Origin: Entomortierella parvispora E1425
Lineage: Eukaryota > Fungi > Mortierellomycota
Reading direction: 5' to 3'
Length of the DNA stretch: 64,000 nt
NCBI GenBank assembly: GCA_020891255.1
Contig: BQFW01000014.1
Coordinates: 1,426,001-1,490,000, forward strand
In this document: positions 20,547 through 34,910 of the stretch, piece by piece
Layout: each line of letters starts with the position of its first letter
Numbering within the stretch: the first letter of the stretch is position 1
The notes under the pieces: model-generated
Told to the model about the DNA's origin: nothing
Seen by the model: only the letters and a program-made list of their open reading frames with translations
Database searches by the model: none
Made by a program: the position numbers and the translations under genes

Positions 20547-23517
20547 ATGGCAGCTCACTCGACAAACCTCTCTGACTCTGCGTCCCCAGCGCGTCTGAAA
20601 AAGACTAAGAGCCCCTTCATCAGTCGCCAATCTCAAATCTTTGAACAGTCAGCCCAAAATGAAGAACATCCAACAGGAGAAGTCCCTGGAGTCAGGCAAA
20701 GAACTCTCAGCAACTGCGGCTACAAGAAGTCCAGTACAGACAGCCTCCTTATACCCAGCAACAAAGTCAGTCAATTGATCCACTCGTTCTCGCAGCAGTC
20801 GCTAAGCTCAAAGAGCCCTGTCGCCAACGCTTCAACTGGGCTGTCCACTCAACCGCGCTGCACAGAACCATCCAATACCGTGCCGCTCCTTGTGCGTATG
20901 GACAATGCTGGGCCAGGACTCGACCATTCTTGTATCGAAGTGGCCTTTGAATCGCCTTCGTCTGACTCTGCCTCGTCTATTTCACCCTCCTCAACTCGCT
21001 CGGATGATTCTTGGGGTGAACGGCGAGTAGTGGCACCTCCAGCTGTCGATTCCATCCAAGAAGAAGCTCTTCGTTTGCAAGCTTTAGAAGATAATATAGC
21101 CTCTGGGAAGAAGAAGAGCTTCGCCAAGGTCTTGCCTGTTGAGGCTTCCAACTTCTTGGTGGTCCCTGAGAATAGAGGAGCTGTTCCACGCTTGAACTTG
21201 ACTCCAGTCTCTCCATTCTCCCCCGGTACATTGCTTACAGCCGCTCTGAACCACGGCGCTACTGGCGAGACCCCTATCGCTGATACCCTCAGCAGCGAAA
21301 GCAGGGTCGTTGAGATCCAGTCCGAGGCTATTGAGCCGTCAATCAAAGTCCAGGATGTTGATGGCGAGACTGTGAAGCAGGATGCGACTCACGACGAAGA
21401 GGATGAAAAGCCAACCAGTGTCCCGACCACTGCCAACTATCAAAAGTTTATCCAGACGGTTGATGTTTGTCCCAAGGACGATGATGATGAAGACGATGGT
21501 GAAGACGATGGTGAAGAATCAGACGTGGAGCAGGAAGACGATCAAAATGAACAGAGTTCCAAAATTGCGTCCATGATCACCATCCCAACGCAAAATCAAG
21601 AAGTTGAGTCCAATAGCCTGGTCAAGGGGAATTCGGATGACGTAGGCCCCCTTGAAGCTGTCCAAGCTGTTGCCGTTCTTACCAGTACCCCTTCCAGCTC
21701 CACTAATCAAGGAACGGAGACCTTTGTCAGTGCTGCGACCAGCGCACAGCAGCTTGCAAAGGATTGGCGTCACCATCAGTCCACCAACATGCTCATTCAA
21801 AGATCTGATGGGTCCATGATCGAGCACGTTGTCCCTCACGACTCCTTCGATGGGTCTCAATTCCTTGAGAAGAGGCAGAAGAGACAGAGTAGTCGGGGTC
21901 GCCTGAGCTCCATGGAATCCCTCGCGTCTTCATCCAAGCGAAATCTGGACCGAAGTGGCGTTTCTATTTCATCCTCTGTCCAGGTAGGCTCTCCTTTGGC
22001 AGCAACTTCAAAAGATAGTTCGGTCTTTGATAATCAGATAGCGGCCATGTCCGAGGACGATACTCTTCTCCTTCCCCCCTCGGGCGCCTCCACAAACCCG
22101 TCTTTGGAAGCCTCCTTGGTCCCTCAGGGGCGATCTCAAGGGACTGCATTGTCCTCCCCTTCATCAATTACAGCCTCAGTAATCCTAGGAGAAGCGGAAG
22201 GAACAGGAGTGAGTGTCTCCAACAACAACAATCTTCACAGGAGACCTTCCAGAATTGACACTTCTTTGGTGGCTGGCAAGAGCCAAAGTGCCTCAAAGGT
22301 CACTTCAGAGAAAAGTCAGTCCACAACAGTGCTCCATCTGAAAGACTCGAGCGCATCGGGTCCAGAGCCAGTGATTTCATCCAAAGTCTCAAGGAAAGGA
22401 AAGCTGTTTGCCAAAAAGATCAAGACCATTGCCGCCTTTGAGTACAACACCTCCAAGAAACTGGGCAAAGGCAACTTTGGAATCGTCTATCAGGGCAGTA
22501 GGGCAGCTGCGCCTGCCCTCTCCAAGAACGCATCCTCGACTTTGGTGCCTACGGAGGAGGCTGAGGTGGCGATCAAAAAAATCACTAGAAAACTTCCTGG
22601 CGAGATTGAGAAGTTGGGTCTTGTCCAGCGAGAGATGAAGGTCTGTAGACTTTTCAAAAATGCTGTAAGTGGATCTGGGTAATCAAAGGCTGTCTTTTTT
22701 TATACCTTTCTGTTAATGTCTGGCACTCAATCTCTCCCTTGTTCTACAAAAAAACCGATTTTAGGTTGGCATTGTTCCTCTGTTGGACATTATCACTACC
22801 AGCAAGCATCACTATTTGGTCTTTAAAAAGGCCGACGGCGATCTTGCAGAGATGATCAAGGAGCGTTGCAACCGCTCTGGAAAAGGGAGCAGCAGGGACC
22901 CGAACCCCCACCCTGCCTCACCCTCTTGCTCACTCGGCTCAATCTTGAGCATCGACGAGATCAGGGGCATCATGCGCACGGTTGTCTTGGGTGTCCAGGC
23001 CCTGCACAAAGAAGGCTACAGCCACAAAGATATCAAGCCCGCTAACATTCTTCACTATCGTCAAGAGGGACTTCTTTGCGACTTTGGACTCTGCAGTCGA
23101 GGAGATGATCTTCCTCGAAATCAATTCTTTGGGACCCAAGACTATGCAGCCCCGGAGGCTCGACGAGTGAGCAACCATCGAACGTGTGATTACATCCGAA
23201 GCGATATTTACAGCCTGGGCGCAGTCCTGTATGAGCTGGCAACGGGTCAAGTCCTGTCAAGGGTGATCTCCCAGGGCCTAAACTGGCAAAAGATGGCTCT
23301 GTTTGGTGGCCGGGCCTTTAGCGAGTTGGTGCAGGGGATGTTGAATGACATTGAAAAGCGATGGGACATTGAACGAGTGGTCAACAGTCCGTTCTGGAGC
23401 GACAGGTCGATCGCGACGCCGTGCACACCAACAATTGCGACAGCTGGGGCCCGAAATCCATCCGAGGTTGCGTTACCCATGACCCCGCGAACACCAGGCA
23501 TAGTGGGCAGGCAGTAA
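20547..23517 (+). CDS. Ser/Thr protein kinase with a long low-complexity N-terminus, family unassigned
   Basis: LGKGNFGIVY, VAIKK, HKDIKPANIL, DFG, GTQDYAAPE, SDIYSLG. One intron at about 22665-22764. Confidence 0.85.
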
Positions 23518-23912
23518 CGACAGTAAATTGGAGGACGTTATCCAGTTTTTGCGAGCGCCGATCGTTAAGCAATAAACAAACCATATGAATGATGATGGAA
23601 GAGGACTGGCGATGACGAGAACGTCCTGTGTTGTTCTGCAGGAACGACAGACAGCGGAGACTGACTGAGCAGTCAACCTTCATGGGAGGTGGTTGAACGA
23701 ACAAAGAAAAAAAAATATGATAAAATTCTTGTCATGACATCATGGCCGAGAGCAGGGCCAAAAAAAAAAAAAAAAAAAAAAAAAAGCATTTGCACACAGA
23801 CGCACACACACTCGACAGAAAACGACCAAGAAGGCAAAGGACCCATGTCAATGAAGGCGGGGGTCCCTTCTCTTCTGGGCGCACAGAGGGAGACAATCAT
23901 CGTCATCATCGT

Positions 23913-23966
23913 CAGCAGGAACAGCAGGAACAGCAGGAACAGCAGGAACAGCAGGAACAGCAGGAG
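23913..23966. repeat. (CAGCAGGAA)x5-6 tandem repeat upstream of HOG1
   Basis: Five perfect units plus one variant, read directly. Confidence 0.9.
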
Positions 23967-24193
23967 CAGAAGGATCGCTGGCTGGATTGCCCTTTTTTTT
24001 ATTTTTCTTTCTCTCTTCCATATCCCTTCCCCTCCTCTTCACGCTTCTGTTTCTCGACTGTTTCACACACACTCACGGTTTGAGAAAAACACGCCGTCCT
24101 TCTTTCTTGCCTTCTTTCCTTCAGCCTCGCCCTTCTCCTCTCTCACAAATCTCAATTCACATCCTCCAACCTTCTCATCCCCATCCTTCCGCC

Positions 24194-26332
<2,139 letters not shown>

Positions 26333-26418
26333 GCCAAAGCTCCGGGCACAACCCTGTAATATTAAGAAATCGAAGTCAATAAATACATATATACATCCAT
26401 TTCGAGAACAGAAACCGA

Positions 26419-26470
26419 GAGAGAGGGAGAGAGAGGGAGAGAGAGGGAGAGAGAGGGAGAGAGAGGGAGA
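26419..26470. repeat. (GAGAGGGAGA)x5 purine repeat 3' of HOG1
   Basis: Read directly. Confidence 0.9.
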
Positions 26471-26836
26471 GGAATAGAAAAAGAAAAAGAAAAAGAAGAC
26501 AGCCCTAATAAGAGATAGGATGCCCACTCAAAACAATACATGCATGCTCCCGCCCGTGAGGAAGAATGTGACGTGCACTTCTTTTGGGGGGGGTCCCAGG
26601 GCGGTCATACTCTGGGCTGATCGCGCAAAGGGCGCGCACACCCTCGCCGTCATCATCATCATCTCGCATTGTCTTTTTGCTTCTCCCCTTCCTTTGTTTC
26701 ATCACTCTACATCCTATCTTCTTTATCCCTGCCTATACTCGCCCAGTCTCCCCTCCGATCAGGCCGAGCTACACAGACAGACAGATCTGCCAATCCATCC
26801 AATCCAGCTAGACTCATCCTTTAATTTCACCACAGG

Positions 26837-28074
26837 ATGGCAATCAACGTAACCAGATGGTGCATCGGATTGCTGATGCTCCTCAGCGTTCTCCCCTCGG
26901 TCTTTGGCCTTTACTTCTATCTCGAGGGCTCTGAGCAAAAGTGCTTCTCCGAGGAGTTGCCCAAGGAAACCATCGTCACAGGTAGGATGCAACCCAAAAA
27001 GATCTTGTAGAGGACAATGCAAACAATCTGGACAATCAGACACTGTTTTGCTGCCTGGAACAGAAGCTCCCATTGATGGAGCCTACTCTCCATGAGAATG
27101 GCACAACTGCTAATATCGAGGTGGATGATGGATGCATTTTAATCAACTGAATGTTCCATCTCATAGGTCATTTCACTGCCGAGGAATGGAACGAGGAGAA
27201 GAAGACCTTCGCCGTCAACTACGAGACTGGAATCGAGGTTGTTGTTGAGGTGAGTAAAGCTATGATACTTCATTTGGATCCGCATACGTGCATGCAGAGG
27301 TCCAGCTAAAGGAAAGGCACAAAGTGTTCCTAACATAGCCTGCCTTCGTTGAATAGGAAATGCCTGCTGGCAAGAGAGTCTACGCCCACAAGTTGAAGGC
27401 CAAGGATCAGTTCAAGTTCACCTCTGCCGAGTCTGGACCCCATGTTATCTGCCTGTTCACGACCTCTGCTGGCTGGTTCAGTTCCACGAAGACTGTACGA
27501 GAGGTGCTATCTTTCTATGAGGATCATGGCGCGGAGATGCACTATAGACGATCAAGGTGCACGACATCTGACTTTTCCTCCTTCTTGAATGTTTCTAGAG
27601 AGTTTCTCTGGACCTGGACATCCGCGATATCTTGGACGATGCTCCCGAGCCCGCTGAGGGTGCTTTGTCTGGTAAGGACATAATGTATTAACATGGTACT
27701 GCTCAGTTGATGCATCATTGCATTACTGATTCTCTTTTCACCCTCTATCAGAACTTGCCCTGCGTGTCCGTGAATTGAACCACAGAGTCAACGACATCCG
27801 CCGTGAACAGTCTTACCTTCGCGTAAGTAGCATGTCCATCTTCCATGAGTGCCAAAAAAGTAGAGCAAGAGGGATCAAGGGATGATACTGACCTGTTTTT
27901 CTTTTATTATTTTGCGTCATTCAGGAACACGAGAGGGAATTCCGTGACAAGAGTGAAGCGACCAACGGGCACACGGTGACCTGGACAATTGTGCAGCTTG
28001 TTGTCTTGGCCATTACCTGTGCTTGGCAGATGCGCCACCTACGTGTTTTCTTTGAGGCTAGAAAGATGATTTGA
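26837..28074 (+). CDS. p24/EMP24/GP25L cargo receptor (alpha-subfamily-like), multi-exon
   Basis: Signal peptide then LYFYLEGSEQKCFSEELPKETIV (GOLD domain), coiled coil RVRELNHRVNDIRREQSYLR, FRDKSEATN, TM segment, and tail HLRVFFEARKMI*. Confidence 0.9.
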
Positions 28075-28608
28075 AGAACGAGACAGCTCATGCTGATGCC
28101 GATAGCAACCTAATGTGGTGCCGATGTTCTAAACAATAAGGCGCCAAGAGAGTAGTTTCAATATACGTATATATGCTTTTCTGCCTCTCAGGAAGACAGC
28201 GACACTTTGGGTTGTTTGTAGGAGCGAGAGCAATCCTCGGTTCATTTTTCTGGTGAATGGTGCCACAAAATGAACGGAATGAAGGAGGAGCGACGCGCAC
28301 GGAAACAGGCCAGCGACGCAGCAAAGACATCAAACCCCTCACTTTTCTGGCCCTTCTTTTTTCTCTCTTTTTGTTTCCGTGGTCGCGTATTTCGTCCTTC
28401 ATTCTTCTCTCTTCTCTTTATTCCCTCTTCCCTAACTCGCCTCACCCCTCTCCTCTCCTTGACATTATTCTTTGCAGCTCTTTTCTCCCCCTCTTTCTCT
28501 CATTTGTCTCATTTTCTTAAAATCTGTCGCTCAAAAGAATCCATCCACACTTGCATCGGACCTTTAATCCGACTGACAGCTCCTCATTCAAGAAGAAAAA
28601 AAAAGATA

Positions 28609-30855
28609 ATGACCCTGTCTTCATCGACGGGATTAACCCGTTGGTCCCAACCCACCGCCCTGCTCTCAACAGCCCTTGCTCTCTATCTCGGATATAAGGC
28701 CATTCGGCTCTTGGATTCCCAACGACGAGAACGATCCAAAGAACCTTCTCCGACCAGCCCTATGCTCATGAACCACTTTCAATATGTAAACGTCAATGGA
28801 AAGCGCCTACGGATCGTTCATATCCCCCATGCTCTTGGATCCAAGGTGCCATTGTTGGTTTTTATTCATGGTGTCGGTGGACAGGTAAATCTCACTCGCT
28901 TCCAGCTTGCATATTCTTTGTTGATAACGATCGATAAGCTAACCCCAGACCCTTTTCGTGCGACATTGTAAAATGGAAAACGTGCACAGTTGGAGCAGTT
29001 TGAGAAGCAGATCGAATACTTTAGTTTGAGCACGCACATTCTTGCAATCGACATGTGCGGATATGGTACTAGCGATGTACCAGACAGGTATACAGGATGT
29101 CGTTTTTGCTGTCGTCTAATCGACTATGGTCTATTTTATTGTACCAAGATGCTGACTTTTTCGTTGGCTGTGAAATTAGCTATGAACATTACACGACTGA
29201 TGCCTATGTTGAGGACATCATTACGTTGCTACAACGCTACAAGAGCGAAGAAACAGTTTTGATCTGCCACTCCTACGGCTGTACAATCGGAACCCAACTC
29301 TATGGACGGCTCATCGATTCACCTACTTCGCCAACCTCGGATGAAGGTCTGAACCACTCCATCAAAGCCATGGTCATGATTGGACCCAAAGCCATTATTA
29401 CCCAACATGAAATGCAGGCACGGGAGAAACTAGCAATGACTCCAGATTGGGTAGTGGATTTTGCCCGAAAACTGGATAGGATGGGAGGCATACATTCAAA
29501 ATCTGTAAACAGACTTTTACATGCAAGTGCAAGCGAGGATCTGAGGAGGAAACAGTTGCGGTGGAACAAGGCTTCTAGGACATCCGTCCTGAAGAGACTC
29601 ATGGCAGGAATCCGATGGCCTAGTCCTGCAGATTTCCAACGGATTCAATGCCCTTTGCTGCTGATGTCCGGTGAAGATGTAAGCACAAAGCCTCACATTT
29701 GATAATCTAGAGATACCTGTGGAGGGCCACGACTGACTATTATATCTTATTCACCTGTTTATCATCAGGATCGAGTATGCCCGTCGTCGAATGTTGAGCA
29801 GATTTACAATTGGTGCAAGGCAGCCAACGAAAAAACAGGATCACCCTTCATTATCCCCAAGGCAGGACATCAAACCATGCTGGAGAACTGGGAATTGGTT
29901 ACCCCGATTATCAGCTCGTTCCTCATTAAGGATTGCGGGATGACCACCATGGATCCTGCCTGGCAGATTACGAAAAAATGTCAAAAAGAGAACAAGTGGA
30001 GTTTGAAGAACACTGAAAAGGTACGGTATTGGCGACTTTTTGGCTCTTTTCATCTCCATCTCCATCGTTCATTTTTCTCACATAATGAAAAAAACTACGG
30101 CATATTGTAATAGTGGATGAATACCCCCATCATCTCTTCGCAGATTGGCAAAGGCGCTGGAAAATTCAGAGCAATGAAAGTACTGCGACAGACAGACACT
30201 GATCACTCACCCTCAGCTTTTTTGGCTCAACACCCTGAGGTTGGCTTTATTGTGGATATTTCGCTGGACGAACCGCCATACAGGACAACGGATTTTGAAG
30301 CCACCTCCATCACTTACACTAAACTGCCGACCGTGAGCAAGATTCCGCCATCAATGGAGGATGTGAAACGGTTCATCAAGCACTGCAACGCCTGTTGGGC
30401 AGAAAAGCCAGGTGTGGATATTGCAGTTCATTGCCACTATGGGTAAGCCTCGATATTCAACGTGTTGATGCTGCCTCCTTTTCTTTTGTTGGAGCAGCTG
30501 AAGCTAAAATGAGGTTGCCTCTGCCATTCGTCTTATTAGCTTTAACCGCACCGGATTCATGGTCTGTTCGTATTTGATTCAAGAGCAGCACTATTCAGTC
30601 GCAGATGCAATCTATCATTTTGAACTTGCAAGGCCTCCCCGCGGCATTAGGTAAGGACTATGTCCAGGAGCTGCTTTTATGTTCTTGCAGCTGTGCATAC
30701 TAAGTATGAAGTAACTCTTTCCTAACGCCTTACCCTACGCTCCTTTTCGACTCTTGCCTCCTATGTTCAGACACGACCATTTCAAAGGCGAACTTTTCCT
30801 CCGCTATGAACCTGCAAAGCAACTTATCTCTTCTCAGCCACCTGCATCTCATTAG
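28609..30855 (+). CDS. Alpha/beta-hydrolase fused to a C-terminal DUSP11/RNA-triphosphatase-like cysteine phosphatase
   Basis: N-terminal hydrophobic anchor; FIHGVGG oxyanion loop, nucleophile ICHSYG, His in PKAGHQTML. The CX5R motif HCHYG|FNRTG is assembled across an intron at about 30443-30539. Confidence 0.82.
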
Positions 30856-31031
30856 AGACAAAGAGCGACATGTATAGAAGTATAGAGAGGAAGACAGTGA
30901 CATGGTCGCCAATAGGTTACATTAATTATTTGCTGTTATTAATATTATTTTTAATATATCCTGCTTTTCTTTCAAATTTCAACCCTGGAAACTTGTTATT
31001 GAAAGGCAAAGAGTGCGCAAGGAAAGTTTTC

Positions 31032-31835
31032 TCATTTCATCTTTGAGAACCGTCGATTGCTGTTGCAGGGCACCTCTAAGGAGTCATTGCTGCCTCGACG
31101 GTGCTGCCGTCCCCAACCATATCCACGCCCCGGATATCCCGAGCCATGGCCACTCCCACTGACGACACTGTTGCGGAGACTTTTGCGCTTCTGAAACAGA
31201 TCCTCAACACCGACATCCTGCAGTGAGCCGACCGAGTTTCGACCATGATTGTTCTGATGGTCGCCAAGGTCGCCACCACGAACCACCGTGTTTTGTTGAT
31301 GTACCACGTCCAAGAGATCGGATCGAGTCTGACGACGGAGAGCGTTTACCTTCTTGATCTTGATCCCAGCCAGGTGGTCTTCCACGTAGGTCATCTCGGG
31401 TATATCCTGATCCTCTTTGTTGTTTCGGAGGACCAAAGTCCGAGCAGTTGCTGTCCCGGGAGCCCTGTTGTTGGTTCTCTGAGTAGAGGCTAAGGAACTG
31501 CTGGGGCGCTGTCCTTGGTTTTGAGGAGTATGAGAAAAGGGTTTTAGCGATGACAGTGAGTCGCGTGTGGAGGACGCTTGAACGCCGTTGATTTCTGCAG
31601 GCTGGCCTATGGCCTCGAGTTCTAAACGCGCCCTAAGTAGAGCGCGTTGATTGTTCATGAGCCGAGCCTTGCTGACTTCAGGAGAGGAGGTTGAGGTAAA
31701 GGTTGAGGACAAAGACGATGATGATATAGAAGGGTTTGACGTTGTGGCCCTGGATTGTTCCGACTTGGCCTCAAGTTTGGCTTTGGCGTTCATCTCTGAG
31801 ATGACAAAAGTTTCAATAATGGTTGAGTAGTCCAT
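31032..31835 (-). CDS. Hypothetical Ser/Gly/Arg-rich protein (267 aa)
   Basis: Long open frame with an ATG; no recognisable domain. Confidence 0.55.
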   Translation of the reverse strand: MDYSTIIETFVISEMNAKAKLEAKSEQSRATTSNPSISSSSLSSTFTSTSSPEVSKARLMNNQRALLRARLELEAIGQPAEINGVQASSTRDSLSSLKPFSHTPQNQGQRPSSSLASTQRTNNRAPGTATARTLVLRNNKEDQDIPEMTYVEDHLAGIKIKKVNALRRQTRSDLLDVVHQQNTVVRGGDLGDHQNNHGRNSVGSLQDVGVEDLFQKRKSLRNSVVSGSGHGSGYPGRGYGWGRQHRRGSNDSLEVPCNSNRRFSKMK

Positions 31836-32376
31836 CGTTTGACGAGATGCAGAGAGGGTCGTGTTGGGAGAATGTGGGAGATCTCTTTTTTAAAGGTAGG
31901 CAGTTGAAAGTAAGCGGACGAAAAGGATGAGAGAGGGAGAGAGGAAAAGAAGAGAATAACAGTGGTGAGAATCGCTTTTTAAATAATTAGAAATCCACAT
32001 TGAAATGCTGAGGATTAGCTGGGCGTTTTGACCGAAACCCACCTCCCAGCAAAGTGGAAGAAACGCTCAAAGACAACCAAAGTGAATATGGCTTTTGCTT
32101 TTGTTACTATTCTTTCATCCAATGATCGTGGGGACTCCCTTCCGACAATGGTTGACATGAGCATGCCACCATAATTCAAAAATTGCAACAAAGAACTGTA
32201 CATATTTTTCTACGCGTTGGAGCCGCCACCTTTCTTCATGGTTGCAGGGAGCGTGAAAGTGGGTTCAGACATGCTAAATTGGAAAATGTTTATAAGTACT
32301 TGAAGGCTGATAGGTATAGGTATAGGTAGGTGAAAAAAAATGGGGGGACTCAGGACTACGGGCCATGTCTCTATGA

Positions 32377-33636
32377 CTACAGGAGTAAAGACACCCCGAG
32401 TACTCCAGCCAGAAGGGCTATTGCTGTCAACTCGAAAACCTTCCGGCCGACACCGTTAATCACACTACTGGCGCTCTGCCCTCTTGTATTCGAAGGCGGG
32501 ATCCGGGTTCCGTCATTAGAGTCTGCACAAGCCTCAGCAAAGGCAGCGAGTGATGTGGTGACGTTCTGTTGCGTAAGTCCATCCAAAAAGTTGCGTTGGT
32601 TCGATACGCGGAAGCAGGTCAGGCAGACCTTGGCAGCCGCTAATCCTTGATTTGGGCAGATGCACTGCAAGAACGGCATGATGGATGTGAAATCCATCCC
32701 AGAAGGCGCAGGTGTGGTCGCTCCTCTTTGGCCGTGCTGATCACTAGAGGCCCCTGAGGGTCCGTCACCACCGCTGCCATTGCCATTGCCTTGGCCATTG
32801 CCGGTCCCAGGTGCAGACGATGTGGTGGCGCCTCCAGGACCCAAATTGCCATTACCGCTGCCTGTTGGATCTGACAGTGTGGAAGTGGCAGATCCAGGAT
32901 TGCTGGCCAAGCCAAATTTGCTGATAAGAGCCATCATAGACTCCATCCCAGGCCCACCATCCCATCCACCATCCCATTCACAGTCCACTCTCCCTTCCTG
33001 ATCGCTCCTGATAAGAAGTGGACTCCTCTCCTTGGAGAGCGGCATGGCCCCCGGTCCTTCAGTAGTGATACTACTGCTTGTCCTTGGTTCACCGAGACGA
33101 GGAATGAGACTTAGGGTCTGGTTGGCGATCATGTTACATTCGACCAATTTCGGATAGAAGTAACGGCACTGTTGACAGGACACGGATTTGGAAGGAAAGT
33201 AAGGAGTCGTCGCGTTCATGTCCACACCCGAAGTACCCGAAGGTGGCGGGATAAACATCGCAGTGGGTAATACAAGACCTGTCGTTACCGTTGGAGAAGT
33301 CGAACCAACAGGCTGGCTCAGGCCTCCACCTCCTCCTCCTCCTCCTCCTCCTCCTCCTCCTCCTCCTCCTCCTCCTCCTCCTCCTCCTCCTCCTCCTCCG
33401 AGCGGCGGCTGTGGAGCGGAAGGGTCAGCGGGGGGCGGGGGTGGCGCTGCCTCTCCAGGACTGCCAGGCGTCGCTGGATTCCCTCCTGGAGATGGTGACA
33501 AAGTTGGGTTGTCCACTGCGCCTGCTCCGCCTCCTTGTCCCTGTACGATCTGGATTGACCAGGCACATACACACCAAAGTGCCAGTATTGAAAAGTAACG
33601 ACCGTTCCAATGCAGACAAGAGGAAAGTTTAGCCAT
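32377..33636 (-). CDS. Secreted, probably GPI-anchored Gly/Pro/Ser-rich surface protein with a split Cys domain
   Basis: Start MAKLSSCLHW with a hydrophobic leader, a 26-Gly tract, Cys clusters CQQC..C and CICPNQG..CLTC..C, and hydrophobic tail AIALLAGVLGVSLLL. Confidence 0.72.
   Translation of the reverse strand: MAKLSSCLHWNGRYFSILALWCVCAWSIQIVQGQGGGAGAVDNPTLSPSPGGNPATPGSPGEAAPPPPPADPSAPQPPLGGGGGGGGGGGGGGGGGGGGGGGGGGLSQPVGSTSPTVTTGLVLPTAMFIPPPSGTSGVDMNATTPYFPSKSVSCQQCRYFYPKLVECNMIANQTLSLIPRLGEPRTSSSITTEGPGAMPLSKERSPLLIRSDQEGRVDCEWDGGWDGGPGMESMMALISKFGLASNPGSATSTLSDPTGSGNGNLGPGGATTSSAPGTGNGQGNGNGSGGDGPSGASSDQHGQRGATTPAPSGMDFTSIMPFLQCICPNQGLAAAKVCLTCFRVSNQRNFLDGLTQQNVTTSLAAFAEACADSNDGTRIPPSNTRGQSASSVINGVGRKVFELTAIALLAGVLGVSLLL
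33331..33399 (-). repeat. Pure (GGA)23 coding microsatellite (poly-Gly)
   Basis: (TCC)23 on the + strand, read directly. Confidence 0.95.
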
Positions 33637-33986
33637 GGCAGGAAGGTGACTGTGTGGAAATGAAAGATAAAGAAATGTAAAAAAAGACCTTCGGCCGGCG
33701 GATAAAAGAGAGAGAGAGAGAGGAAACCCGTGGCACGAGATGGCATGGAGCTGCGCTAAACGAACTGCCTGGCTCCCTCTCCTGGGACCCCCGTGATTTT
33801 CAGCCGCCCCTTGAGTCACTCACTGCCAACTGATCAAGTTGTGCCCCTTTAGTCACATTCAACTATCTGAGCCAAAGTCTTTGATCCTCATCCCCGCTAA
33901 TTTCCAGAATAAGAAGCCTTTGATTGTTTGGCGAATGTACGTCAAAGCGTTTATTCAAGTTGCAATGTCCATTATCCAGAAACCGT

Positions 33987-34910
33987 TTACTTGCGGTTGG
34001 TAAGGATACTATAAGAATAAAAATGAATCGAAAACGTCATTAGTTACAGAAAACGAGATCAATAGACAAAGTCTTCCTTCAGAAAAAAGCTATTAACTTA
34101 CCCATCGTAACGCTGCTTGAACCAGTTCATGGTCTCCTCCTTGTTGACGCGGTGGTTGGCACCAACCTTGGCAACGCAGCGGCGACGCTTGGTGATGCGG
34201 TTACCGGGGCGGTTCATGCAGACGAAGAAGTCCATACCGTAAATACCGATGGAGGGATCGTACTTGATACCCAAATCGATGTGCTCCTGGATACCGAAAC
34301 CGAAGTTGCCGGTCTCGGAGAAGTTGGCCTTCTTCAACTCGTACTCCTTGACCTTGAGGCCACGCTCGAGAATCTCCTCGGCCTTGGGGCCACGGACGGT
34401 GACGTGGACGGCAATCTTCTCGTTACGACGGATACCGAAGGTACGGACGGTGTAACGGGCCTTGGAGTAGACGGGGGTCTGACCAGTCAACTGCTCCAAA
34501 ACCTTGGCGGCACGGGTAAGTCTGTCACCAGACTCTCCGACGCAAATGTTGAGGACGAGCTTCTCAAGGCGCAACTCGCGCATGATGTTGGAGGAGGTTT
34601 GGGTCTGGTCTTCAGCGGACTATTAGGTTGGGACCGATGTAATTTTTTTGATATAGAGAGTACAAAATAAGGACGAAGCGCGTTATTAAGACCGCAACTC
34701 GAAAAAATATACATCGTTTTGTTCTGAATAGTAGCTTCCGATCCCCCCGAATCCTGAGTAATTCGCTTTCAGGTGAAAAACAAGGAAAAGAAGAGAGGAC
34801 GTGCGGAAAGGCGACTGTTCTGTTCCTGTGTGTATCCTTTGACGTCGAGGATATCCTGATCCTGAGCTCCTTGTTACAACAGTCATCCGCTGCCCCCAAA
34901 CGTCTACCAT
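33987..34910 (-). CDS. RPL11: 60S ribosomal protein L11 (uL5)
   Basis: [32 protein letters not shown]...[27 protein letters not shown]. Last exon gives ..DG|ILTNRK*. The first exon is a lone ATG at 34910 or 35341 (uncertain). Confidence 0.97.

Noticed and set aside
34152-34670. 172-aa ORF antisense to RPL11 (similarly 51397-52380 antisense to the receptor)
   Set aside because: Shadow ORFs expected from strong codon bias on the coding strand.
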